From positions 1 to 26,922 of the IMG/VR virus record IMGVR_UViG_3300025084_000176: 26,922 bases of DNA. The stretch is one strand, 5' to 3'. Position 1 is the first letter of the stretch; each line of letters begins with the position of its first letter. The position numbers and the translations under genes were made by a program. Shown one piece after another: positions 7,632 through 15,675 of this stretch. This DNA is from a virus. Its lineage: Duplodnaviria; Caudoviricetes. The notes under the pieces were generated by a model. The model was not told the DNA's origin. It searched no databases and saw nothing but the letters and a program-made list of their open reading frames with translations.

Positions 7632-7830
7632 TATTAATAGTATGACTGGAAGAAATTGGGAAGTGGACCATGAACTGGTAGATGTAGCATTAATGCTTAA
7701 GAAGTACAGAAATCTACAATATGATGCAGACTTTGAAGAAAATATAAAAGATTATAACTTCTACAAAGCTAGGGCAGATTACTACCAAGAACTTGTTGAC
7801 AAAGGACAGGAATATGACCCACAATTTTAA
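7624..7830 (+). CDS. Small hypothetical protein (68 aa)
   Basis: Track ORF; overlaps the previous stop; tight operon packing. Confidence 0.7.
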   Translation: MTDINSMTGRNWEVDHELVDVALMLKKYRNLQYDADFEENIKDYNFYKARADYYQELVDKGQEYDPQF

Positions 7831-7851
7831 TTACATAGGGAGGTAAATAGG

Positions 7852-8016
7852 ATGTATCATTGTAATAAATGTTATTATAAACCAAACGAACAAGAGGGAT
7901 GTTTTACTAATGATGTAACTAAGTTTATTATGGAAAACATACCGCCCTGTTTGGATGGAACTTGGCATAAATTTAAGCCAGAATTTAATAAAATAAAATT
8001 GCATAACATAAAATAG
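7852..8016 (+). CDS. Small Cys/His (Zn-finger-like) protein (54 aa)
   Basis: MYHCNKCYYKPNEQEGCFTNDVTKFIMENIPPCLDGTWHKFKPEFNKIKLHNIK; GGAGGT SD. Confidence 0.65.
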   Translation: MYHCNKCYYKPNEQEGCFTNDVTKFIMENIPPCLDGTWHKFKPEFNKIKLHNIK

Positions 8017-8026
8017 TTGGTACAAT
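7999..8026 (+). promoter_or_regulatory. Sigma70-type promoter for the replication module
   Basis: TTGCAT (7999-8004), 16-bp spacer, TGg-TACAAT (8021-8026). Confidence 0.6.
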
Positions 8027-8094
8027 ATATCTATGTATGGTTACTATGAAGTTGTTAAGTATATATATACTACTAGTAATTCATACATAGATAT
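8027..8094. repeat. Long inverted repeat enclosing palindrome AGTATATATATACT
   Basis: ATATCTATGTATG (8027-8039)/CATACATAGATAT (8082-8094) is a perfect 13-bp pair, extended by TTACTA/TAGTAA; palindrome at 8058-8071. Confidence 0.8.
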
Positions 8095-8105
8095 TCTTAG
8101 TATTT

Positions 8106-8154
8106 CTAAGAGTGCATTGAGTTTTTACTTCCATTTTTCTTAATGCACTTTTAG
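8106..8154 (+). ncRNA. Candidate structured RNA: 16-bp hairpin with a pyrimidine-rich anti-RBS loop
   Basis: CTAAGAGTGCATTGAG/CTTAATGCACTTTTAG with two G.U pairs (consistent with a + strand RNA); loop TTTTTACTTCCATTTTT. Confidence 0.5.
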
Positions 8155-8215
8155 TAGTATTAAGCTACTAGGTAGCCCAGCCTTTGGGTAGAATGTTAAC
8201 TATAAGGAGTTAAAT

Positions 8216-8602
8216 ATGAGTGAGATGTTACCACTAACAGGTGAAGTTGTTTTCAATAAATTAACTACACCAGATGTCTTTATGGGTACGAGTAAGTACA
8301 CACTTACAATTGCCTTAGATAAGGATGGTAAGAAACTAGCAGAGAAGAACGGTCTTAAGACTAATGATTATGAGGGTAAGACACAGATTACTTCTAAGCG
8401 TAAGATAGACTTTGGTCAGCCCAAGGTTTACAATGCTGATAAGGAGGAAGTTGATGCCTCTCATGTATCTTTATTTGGTGATAAGGTTACGATGCTAGTC
8501 AAGAAAGGTAAAGCACCTTACGATGCTTACACATACCTAGAGAGAATCCGAGTGGATGAAAAGGCTGAGGGTGTGGAGGAGTACGACCAAAGCGAATTCT
8601 AA
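8216..8602 (+). CDS. Single-stranded DNA-binding protein, T7 gp2.5-like
   Basis: Precedes the primase-helicase; KYTLTIAL, ITSKRK and PKVYNA motifs; acidic C-tail ending in Phe (EEYDQSEF). Confidence 0.75.
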   Translation: MSEMLPLTGEVVFNKLTTPDVFMGTSKYTLTIALDKDGKKLAEKNGLKTNDYEGKTQITSKRKIDFGQPKVYNADKEEVDASHVSLFGDKVTMLVKKGKAPYDAYTYLERIRVDEKAEGVEEYDQSEF

Positions 8603-8618
8603 CTGGTCGTAAAGTCAT

Positions 8619-8644
8619 GGGCTACTATCATGGTAGCCCTTTTT
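8619..8644 (+). terminator. Rho-independent terminator/attenuator after SSB
   Basis: GGGCTACTA-TCA-TGGTAGCCC followed by TTTTT. Confidence 0.75.
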
Positions 8645-8665
8645 ATTTAAAGTAAGGGAGTTAAA

Positions 8666-10306
8666 ATGGATAATAAACTAATCCGAAAGGAGCAGTGCCC
8701 CGACTGTGCAAAGATGGGGAAAGATACAAAAGGTGATAACCTTGCTGTCTATGATGATGGCCAAACTCACTGCTATGCTTGTGGCACACATGGTCATGTA
8801 ACACACAAGAGCAAGCCAATACAAATCAAAGATGCCAGCTGGATGAAAAACTACAGAGGGGATTACTATTCTCTTCCAGATAGAAAGCTAAGGGCCGAGA
8901 CTTTAGAGAAGTATAAGGTTAAATGTGAGAAGAATAACAAGGGTGAGATAATTAAGCACCACTACCCATACCACAACCAGAAAGGTGAGATGGTGGGTAT
9001 CAAGACTAGGACCGTAGCTAACAAATCATTTCGAGGATGGGGTGATACTAGTAATACCAACATGCTATTCGGTCAAAACTTATTTAAAGCTGGAGGCAAA
9101 TTCCTTACCATCGTAGAGGGTGAGTTGGATTGTTGTTCGGCCTATGAAATGTTTGGTAGTAGATGGCCTGTTGTTTCTATTAACAATGGTGCTAACTCTG
9201 TATCGAATATAAAAAATAATTTAGAGTGGATAGATTCTTTTGAGACTGTGGTCCTATGCTTTGATGATGATGAGGCAGGCAGGGATTCAGCTAAGCAGGT
9301 GGCACCAATACTGGGACCAAACAAGTGTAAGGTATTGACACTAGCCAAGCATAAGGATGCAAGCGATTACCTAGCTAATGGGGATAGTAAAGCATTCTAT
9401 GATGAGTGGTGGAATGATGCCAAAGAGTATACAGTTAGCGGTGTAGCTACCATTGAAGAGATGAGAGAGGCTTTGCTTGACTATCAGAATACAGAGCTGG
9501 TGCCATTGCCAGATTCCTTTGGGGATTTGAATCACATGATGCGTGGTGGCATAGCCAGAGGAGAGCTAGTATCTATTGTGGCACACACTAGTATCGGTAA
9601 GACTACTATACTTAACGAGCTCATCTACCACTTTGCCACACAAACTAATGAGAGGATTGGATGTTTCATGGTAGAGGATAACATTGATGAGACAATCCGA
9701 AAGGTTGTGAGCGTGCACACTGCAGAGAATTTACAACTGGTCAAGCCAACAGATTTAAATGTGGATGTCATCATGGAGTCTGCAATTGATATTGGCTTTG
9801 GCTCAAAGATACAACTACATAATGATGGTGGTGGTAGTATTGATATTGATGAGATGTTTTCTAAGATAAGATACTTTGTAAAGGGATTGAATTGTGGTAT
9901 TATTTTGGTGGACCCATTGCATACTGCAATCAAGAACTTAAGCAACGAGAATATCGAAGAGGTTATGGACAGATTCATTAAGCTATGTAAAGAGACCAAG
10001 TGTGCAGTGATACTCAGTACACATACTAGAAAGCCAGACGATGGCTCTCATCCTCACAAAATTAGCGAATATGATGTGAAAGGTAGTGGAGCAATACCGC
10101 AGGCTTGCCATACAAATATATTATTCTCTAGGGATAAGCTAGCTGAGGATGAGTACACAAAGAACTCAACAAGGATAAGGGTGCCTAAGCTAAGAAGAAC
10201 TGGACAGACTGGTGAGGCTGGATGGGCCTACTTCAATCCAGAGACTGCCAGACTAGAGAAAGGAATCAATCCAGATATGGGAGGGTCAGATGCCTCAGAC
10301 TTTTAG
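8666..10306 (+). CDS. DNA primase-helicase, T7 gp4-like
   Basis: Zn finger CPDC...CYAC, TOPRIM IVEGELD/FDDDEAG/KDASDYL, SF4 helicase Walker A AHTSIGKTT, DVKGSGAI, KLRRTGQTG. Confidence 0.95.
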   Translation: MDNKLIRKEQCPDCAKMGKDTKGDNLAVYDDGQTHCYACGTHGHVTHKSKPIQIKDASWMKNYRGDYYSLPDRKLRAETLEKYKVKCEKNNKGEIIKHHYPYHNQKGEMVGIKTRTVANKSFRGWGDTSNTNMLFGQNLFKAGGKFLTIVEGELDCCSAYEMFGSRWPVVSINNGANSVSNIKNNLEWIDSFETVVLCFDDDEAGRDSAKQVAPILGPNKCKVLTLAKHKDASDYLANGDSKAFYDEWWNDAKEYTVSGVATIEEMREALLDYQNTELVPLPDSFGDLNHMMRGGIARGELVSIVAHTSIGKTTILNELIYHFATQTNERIGCFMVEDNIDETIRKVVSVHTAENLQLVKPTDLNVDVIMESAIDIGFGSKIQLHNDGGGSIDIDEMFSKIRYFVKGLNCGIILVDPLHTAIKNLSNENIEEVMDRFIKLCKETKCAVILSTHTRKPDDGSHPHKISEYDVKGSGAIPQACHTNILFSRDKLAEDEYTKNSTRIRVPKLRRTGQTGEAGWAYFNPETARLEKGINPDMGGSDASDF

Positions 10307-12023
10307 TTGTGATATAGAAACTGATGGTATCGAGGCTACTACAATCTGGTGCGTGTGTGTGCATAATACATACACTCAAGAGACAAAGGTATTCTATAAG
10401 GCTGAGGAGTTTAAGGAATGGCTGGAGGATAGGAGTATATGTCATACCCTAGTCTTTCACAATGGCATAGCTTTTGATGTGCCTGTGCTGGAAGAACTTT
10501 GGGGCATAGATTTTAAGGATGTCTTTATACATGATACTCTTTTACTGAGTCAGCTGGACAATCCAAGAAGAGAGGGCGGTCATTCCTTATCTAGCTGGGG
10601 TGAGTACCTAGACTATCCTAAAGGGGAGCATGAAGACTGGTCCAAGCTCAGCACAGAGATGGTAGATTATTGTATTACAGATACAGAAATAACTAGCAAA
10701 GTATATAAGATACTAATGCAGAAAGGATTAAGTAAGGATGCTATTGAACTAGAGTATTCTACTAAAAGACAATGCTCAATACAAGAAAAAAATGGGTGGT
10801 TGTTTGATGAGCATGGTGCTATGCATTTACAACAAAGAGTTAATGAGGACCTAAGAAAAGCAGAGCAGGAAGTACATAAGACTTTTGCACCTTTGCCTGT
10901 ATGGGTCAGCAAGAAACCAGTAGAAAATAGATTTAATGCAGATGGTAGGAGGTCTAAGTATTACCAAGATGAGGTAGACCTTGGTTGTTATACTAATGAT
11001 GACGAGGACTATGGGTATTGGACTTATCCGGAATTAAATTTAGGTAGCAGGCAACAAGTAGGCAGACATCTTATGCATTATGGCTGGAAGCCTAGTATAT
11101 TTACAGAGACTGGTAAGCCTAAGGTAGATGAGTCCACACTTAAGGATGTGGATATTCCAGAGGCACAGCTGATAGCTAGATACTTAATGCTACAGAAAAG
11201 ACAGGGCCAGATTAAAGGATGGTTGGATGCTCTGGATGAAAGAACTGGTAGAATACACAGTCGAGTTCATACTATGGGCACTGTCACACACCGCATGTCT
11301 AGTAGTAATCCTAATTTACAGCAGGTAACAGCTAGTAGTAAAGAATATGGTCCAGAGATGAGAGCATTATTTACTGTGCCAGAGGATAAGGTACTGGTAG
11401 GTGCTGACTTATCTGGTCTGGAGCTAAGATGTCTAGCACACTATATGAATGACAAGAACTATACAAAAGAAATACTGACTGGTGATATACATTCTGCCAA
11501 TCAAAAGTCAGCTGGTCTGGATACAAGGGATAAGGCCAAGACATTTATATATGCATTCTTATATGGTGCAGGAGATGCTAAGATAGGTAGCATTGCTGGT
11601 GGCGGTGTACCAGAGGGAAAGGAACTTAAAGAGAACTTCTTAAACAATACACCAGCCTTAAAGAAACTAAGATACAGGGTGAATAAGGCATCTGATAAAG
11701 GATACTTGAATGCTTTGGATGGTAGGAAAGTTAGGGTTAGGAGTGAGCATGCATCCCTTAACTTCCTGCTCCAGAGTGCTGGTGCTATCATAGCCAAGAG
11801 AGCTTGGGATATTTTTCATGGTCTTGCACAATATGAGGGTTTAAAGTACAAGCAGATTGGTGTCATTCATGATGAGATTCAGATTGAATGTAATCCAAAT
11901 GATGCAGACTACATTGGTATGCTTATTGTAGATGCCATGAAAGAGACAACAAATTATTATAAACTAAACTGTCCAATAACTGGGGAGTATAAAATAGGGA
12001 GGAGCTGGAATGAAACGCACTAA
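10290..12023 (+). CDS. DNA polymerase family A, T7 gp5-like (3'-5' exonuclease plus polymerase)
   Basis: ExoI DIETDG, ExoII HNGIAFD, ExoIII YCITD; motif A DLSGLELR, motif B RDKAKTFIYAFLYG, motif C IHDE. Confidence 0.96.
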   Translation: MPQTFSCDIETDGIEATTIWCVCVHNTYTQETKVFYKAEEFKEWLEDRSICHTLVFHNGIAFDVPVLEELWGIDFKDVFIHDTLLLSQLDNPRREGGHSLSSWGEYLDYPKGEHEDWSKLSTEMVDYCITDTEITSKVYKILMQKGLSKDAIELEYSTKRQCSIQEKNGWLFDEHGAMHLQQRVNEDLRKAEQEVHKTFAPLPVWVSKKPVENRFNADGRRSKYYQDEVDLGCYTNDDEDYGYWTYPELNLGSRQQVGRHLMHYGWKPSIFTETGKPKVDESTLKDVDIPEAQLIARYLMLQKRQGQIKGWLDALDERTGRIHSRVHTMGTVTHRMSSSNPNLQQVTASSKEYGPEMRALFTVPEDKVLVGADLSGLELRCLAHYMNDKNYTKEILTGDIHSANQKSAGLDTRDKAKTFIYAFLYGAGDAKIGSIAGGGVPEGKELKENFLNNTPALKKLRYRVNKASDKGYLNALDGRKVRVRSEHASLNFLLQSAGAIIAKRAWDIFHGLAQYEGLKYKQIGVIHDEIQIECNPNDADYIGMLIVDAMKETTNYYKLNCPITGEYKIGRSWNETH

Positions 12024-12270
12024 TGAATTTAAGGTTGACTGGAATGAACACAGAATCCCAGACAAAATTAACCCAGAGCATTACACACAGGGTATAGAAT
12101 GTATTGATTATATTACCTCAAAGAACATGAGTTTTCTTGAGGGCAATGTGGTAAAATATGTCACTCGATACAGAATGAAGAACGGACTAGAGGACCTAGA
12201 AAAAGCTAAGTGGTATTTAGACCGTTTAATAAGGGATTATAACAAGGGAGAAAAGAATGAAAGTATCTAA
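12010..12270 (+). CDS. DUF3310 family protein (T7 gp1.7-like nucleotide kinase domain)
   Basis: INPEHY...IECIDYI...FLEGNVVKYVTRY..KNGLEDLEKAKWYL signature. Confidence 0.85.
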   Translation: MKRTNEFKVDWNEHRIPDKINPEHYTQGIECIDYITSKNMSFLEGNVVKYVTRYRMKNGLEDLEKAKWYLDRLIRDYNKGEKNESI

Positions 12271-13096
12271 GAGCTCAATGCTGAGCCCCAGTAAAAGCAT
12301 TCATACATTAATACCAGATGTGTATGAAGTAATGAAGTCAAAGGAATACTCTGGAGACTTAAGTTCTATAGCTATGCAAGCAGGTCGTGAGGTAGAGGAT
12401 GCAATTAAGAATGCATTTGAGCCATACGAGCAGAAGAACGAGTTAAGAATGTCTGGTATAGGAAGATGCGAAAGAGCACAATGGTATGGAGTTAAGGGTT
12501 ACACACCAGAAGAGATAGATGGTAATGTATACTTGACTTTCTTACAAGGCCATGTGCTTGAGGCTGTGCTAGTGGCCTTGGTAAAACTAGCAGGACACAC
12601 TGTCGAGGACCAACAGAAGAAACATACTGTTGAGGGTGTCAATGGCTCACAGGACTGTACTATTGATGGTGAGCTAGTAGACATAAAGACAGCGAGTGCT
12701 TGGTCTTGGGATAACAAGTTTACTGAGACAGGTATAAAAGATGATGGCTTTGGATACATTAAACAGCTATCAGCTTATGGTAAGAATGACAACAGAAAGC
12801 ATGGATACTTCCTAGCTTTGAATAAAAACAAATCAACTCTTAAGTTGTGCAAGCAAGAACTAGAGCAGGATGTTGATACTTTTATTGTTGACTTAAAAGA
12901 TAAGATGGAATCTGATACACCGCCAATGCGAATAGCTAACGCTACTACCTTAACTAAGAATGGTGAGGAAAAGTTATGCATGACTTGCTCATTCTGTGGA
13001 TTTAAGGAAGACTGTTATGGGAGTCTAATAGCTAAGCCTATTCCGTCTGGCAAGATAACTAATTATTTTGTTGACAATACAGGAGCCAGCTTTTGA
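12257..13096 (+). CDS. Cas4-like PD-(D/E)XK exonuclease with probable Fe-S cluster
   Basis: LRMSGIGRC, GSQD...VDIKTAS, QLSAY, and C-terminal CSFCGFKEDC (one N-terminal plus three C-terminal Cys). Confidence 0.8.
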   Translation: MKVSKSSMLSPSKSIHTLIPDVYEVMKSKEYSGDLSSIAMQAGREVEDAIKNAFEPYEQKNELRMSGIGRCERAQWYGVKGYTPEEIDGNVYLTFLQGHVLEAVLVALVKLAGHTVEDQQKKHTVEGVNGSQDCTIDGELVDIKTASAWSWDNKFTETGIKDDGFGYIKQLSAYGKNDNRKHGYFLALNKNKSTLKLCKQELEQDVDTFIVDLKDKMESDTPPMRIANATTLTKNGEEKLCMTCSFCGFKEDCYGSLIAKPIPSGKITNYFVDNTGASF

Positions 13097-13254
13097 AACA
13101 GCTACCAGAGTTAAAGGCTTACATTGCAAAGACATATGACACTTGTCTTATATGCGATGAGTTAGAGATAGAGCCAGAGGATTTACTAGATGCATTTGAA
13201 AATAAACTAATAGAAAAGAAAGATAGATTTCTAGAAGATTTTGAGGAGATATAA
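13093..13254 (+). CDS. Small acidic hypothetical protein (53 aa, TTG start)
   Basis: MKQLPELKAYIAKTYDTCLICDELEIEPEDLLDAFENKLIEKKDRFLEDFEEI; AGGAG SD; fills the gap exactly. Confidence 0.75.
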   Translation: MKQLPELKAYIAKTYDTCLICDELEIEPEDLLDAFENKLIEKKDRFLEDFEEI

Positions 13255-13464
13255 ATGGGAATAGAATATATAATAATATGTAGTGTACTAATAATAGCAG
13301 GAGCTGTTACTGTATATTTTACAAACAAACAATCATATGAGAAAGGTATTACTACTGCTGTGTTGTTACACAGGAATGGAAGACTAAAGTATTATGATTA
13401 CTACGATGAACAAGGCGAAAAAATGGTTGACATTGAAATCGCACCACTAGAGGATGAAGAATGA
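13255..13464 (+). CDS. Small membrane-anchored protein (69 aa)
   Basis: N-terminal hydrophobic helix IEYIIICSVLIIAGAVTVYF; GAGGAG SD. Confidence 0.75.
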   Translation: MGIEYIIICSVLIIAGAVTVYFTNKQSYEKGITTAVLLHRNGRLKYYDYYDEQGEKMVDIEIAPLEDEE

Positions 13465-15407
13465 ATACACTACCAAATGACTACCAAAATTTTATAGCAC
13501 TGAGCAGATATGCTAGATGGCTACCAGAAAAGAATAGAAGAGAGACATGGAAAGAAACAGTAGCTAGGTACTTTGACTTTATGGAAGTACACTTGAAAGA
13601 GAATACTAACCAAGAGCTAATACCTAAGACAAGAAAGATATTAGAGGATGCAGTATGTAATCTAGAAGTTATGCCAAGCATGAGAGCTTTGATGACAGCA
13701 GGTAAGGCACTGGAAGATAATAATATAGCTGGATACAATTGTGCTTATCTAAGTGTTGACCACCCCAAGTCATTTGATGAGGCCCTATATGTATTGATGC
13801 ATGGTACTGGTGTAGGCTTTAGTGTAGAGAGACAGTTTGTTACCAAGCTACCAGAGGTACCAGAAGAGATGGTAGATGTTGATGATGTCATTGTTGTACA
13901 GGATAGCAAAGAGGGATGGCAGTCTGCTTTCCGTAAACTTATTACATACCTGTATGATGGTGAGATGCCTAAGTGGGACTTCTCAAAGATAAGACCAAAG
14001 GGCTCAAGGCTTAAGACATTTGGTGGCAGGGCTAGTGGACCAGAGCCCTTGCTTGACCTGTTTAATTTTGCTACTAATTTATTTAAGGATGCAGTAGGTA
14101 GGAAGCTAACAAGTTATGAGTGTCATCGCATGATGTGTAAGATTGCAGAGGTTGTTGTCGTTGGTGGTGTTAGACGTAGTGCATTGATTTCCCTCAGTAA
14201 TTTGACTGATGAGCGTATGCGTAATGCTAAGTCTGGACAGTGGTGGTCAGAAACACCAGAGATGGCACTCAGTAACAATAGTGTATGCTATACAGAGAAG
14301 CCAGACATAGGAATCTTTATGAAAGAATGGACTTCATTGTATGAGTCTAAGTCTGGTGAGCGTGGTATCTTTAACAGAGAAGCGGCAATTAAACAAGTAG
14401 CATCTATAGGCAGACGTGACACAGACCATGACTTTGGATGTAATCCTTGCAGTGAAATCATCCTCAGAGATGGCCAGTTTTGTAACTTAACAGAGATAGT
14501 AGTACGGGCAGAAGACACACAAAGAGATATACTCCGTAAGGCAAGATTAGCCACCATACTGGGCACATTTCAAGCAAGTCTTACAAACATTAAAAGACTT
14601 CGACCTAAGTGGGTTAAAAATACAGAAGAAGAATCTTTGTTAGGAGTGTCATTAACTGGTATAATGGATAACAGTTTCATGAATGGCTCTGTGGACAAGG
14701 AAGCCTTACCTAAATTCCTTGAGAAAGTTAGAAAAGAAGTAGTTGAAATTAATGCTCATTGGTCAGAACTACTAGGCATTAACCAAGCTACTGCAACCAC
14801 AGCCATTAAACCTAGTGGCACAGTCAGTCAGTTAGTTGACAGTGCTAGTGGTATACACACTAGACATAACGATTATTACTTTAGAAGAGTAAGAGCAGAT
14901 GCTAAGGACCCTATTGCACAGTTAATGGAGGACCAAGGCATCCCTTGTGAAGCTGATGTAATGAAACCCAATAGTGTCAAGGTCTTTACTTTTCCAATGA
15001 AAGCACCAGAGGGTGCTGTGCTTAGGAATGAGAGGACTGCTATTGAACAGCTAGAACTATGGCTCATATACCAGAGACATTATTGTGAGCATAAGCCTAG
15101 TGTTACGGTCAGTGTAAGAGAACACGAATGGATGCAGGTAGGTGCATGGGTGTATGAACATTTTGATGAGGTAAGTGGAGTTAGTTTCTTGCCACACTCA
15201 GACCATTCATACCAGCAAGCACCTTATGAAGACTGTACCAAGAAAGAATACAACGAGCTTGCTAAGAAAATGCCTAAGTCTGTTGACTGGGATTTGATTA
15301 GTGAATATGAATTAACAGATACTACTGTAGGAACTAAGACACTGGCTTGTACTGGTAGTGTGTGTGAGTTAGTTGACTTGGTAGAAGAAGAAAGAGAAAT
15401 AGAATGA
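13461..15407 (+). CDS. nrdJ: Ribonucleotide reductase class II, adenosylcobalamin-dependent (monomeric RTPR-type)
   Basis: YNCAY, GTGVGFSV, SGPEPL, GGVRRSA, catalytic NPCSE, FCNLTE, IKPSGT, C-terminal CTGSVC dithiol; no NrdB radical subunit gene in the arm. Confidence 0.88.
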   Translation: MNTLPNDYQNFIALSRYARWLPEKNRRETWKETVARYFDFMEVHLKENTNQELIPKTRKILEDAVCNLEVMPSMRALMTAGKALEDNNIAGYNCAYLSVDHPKSFDEALYVLMHGTGVGFSVERQFVTKLPEVPEEMVDVDDVIVVQDSKEGWQSAFRKLITYLYDGEMPKWDFSKIRPKGSRLKTFGGRASGPEPLLDLFNFATNLFKDAVGRKLTSYECHRMMCKIAEVVVVGGVRRSALISLSNLTDERMRNAKSGQWWSETPEMALSNNSVCYTEKPDIGIFMKEWTSLYESKSGERGIFNREAAIKQVASIGRRDTDHDFGCNPCSEIILRDGQFCNLTEIVVRAEDTQRDILRKARLATILGTFQASLTNIKRLRPKWVKNTEEESLLGVSLTGIMDNSFMNGSVDKEALPKFLEKVRKEVVEINAHWSELLGINQATATTAIKPSGTVSQLVDSASGIHTRHNDYYFRRVRADAKDPIAQLMEDQGIPCEADVMKPNSVKVFTFPMKAPEGAVLRNERTAIEQLELWLIYQRHYCEHKPSVTVSVREHEWMQVGAWVYEHFDEVSGVSFLPHSDHSYQQAPYEDCTKKEYNELAKKMPKSVDWDLISEYELTDTTVGTKTLACTGSVCELVDLVEEEREIE

Positions 15408-15550
15408 ATACTATAATATTAATAATAGCCTTGCAGATTGTTGTTGTCACCTTAGCAGGATGTACTACACTACAAGACAAGATGGAAGAGCAGAGACATT
15501 TAACTTGTAACCCACCACACGATACTTTGTGTATAGGTTGGCATATATGA
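15404..15550 (+). CDS. Small lipoprotein (48 aa), missed by the ORF track
   Basis: MNTIILIIALQIVVVTLAG-CTTLQDKMEEQRHLTCNPPHDTLCIGWHI: hydrophobic signal plus canonical LAGC lipobox; ATGA overlap with nrdJ. Confidence 0.7.
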   Translation: MNTIILIIALQIVVVTLAGCTTLQDKMEEQRHLTCNPPHDTLCIGWHI

Positions 15551-15675
15551 GAGTAAGTCTAATGCGTAAGCTATGGAAAGAAAAGGTAGAGGTGCCTGCT
15601 CTAGAGAAAAAGATAGAGAAAATCCTCAAGGCGATAGATGTTAAACTAAAAGAAAGGAGTAAAGATGTTAGATAA
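15547..15675 (+). CDS. Small basic hypothetical protein (42 aa)
   Basis: MRVSLMRKLWKEKVEVPALEKKIEKILKAIDVKLKERSKDVR; ATGA coupling; fills the gap. Confidence 0.5.
   Translation: MRVSLMRKLWKEKVEVPALEKKIEKILKAIDVKLKERSKDVR

Noticed and set aside
8017-8215. tRNA in the intergenic regions
   Set aside because: No cloverleaf or T-loop (GTTCRA) pattern recognised here or in 3075-3637.
8666-15407. Introns, inteins, frameshifts or stop-codon recoding in the replication genes
   Set aside because: Primase, PolA and NrdJ are continuous, of ordinary length, with motifs in order; TAA, TAG and TGA all act as stops under the standard code.
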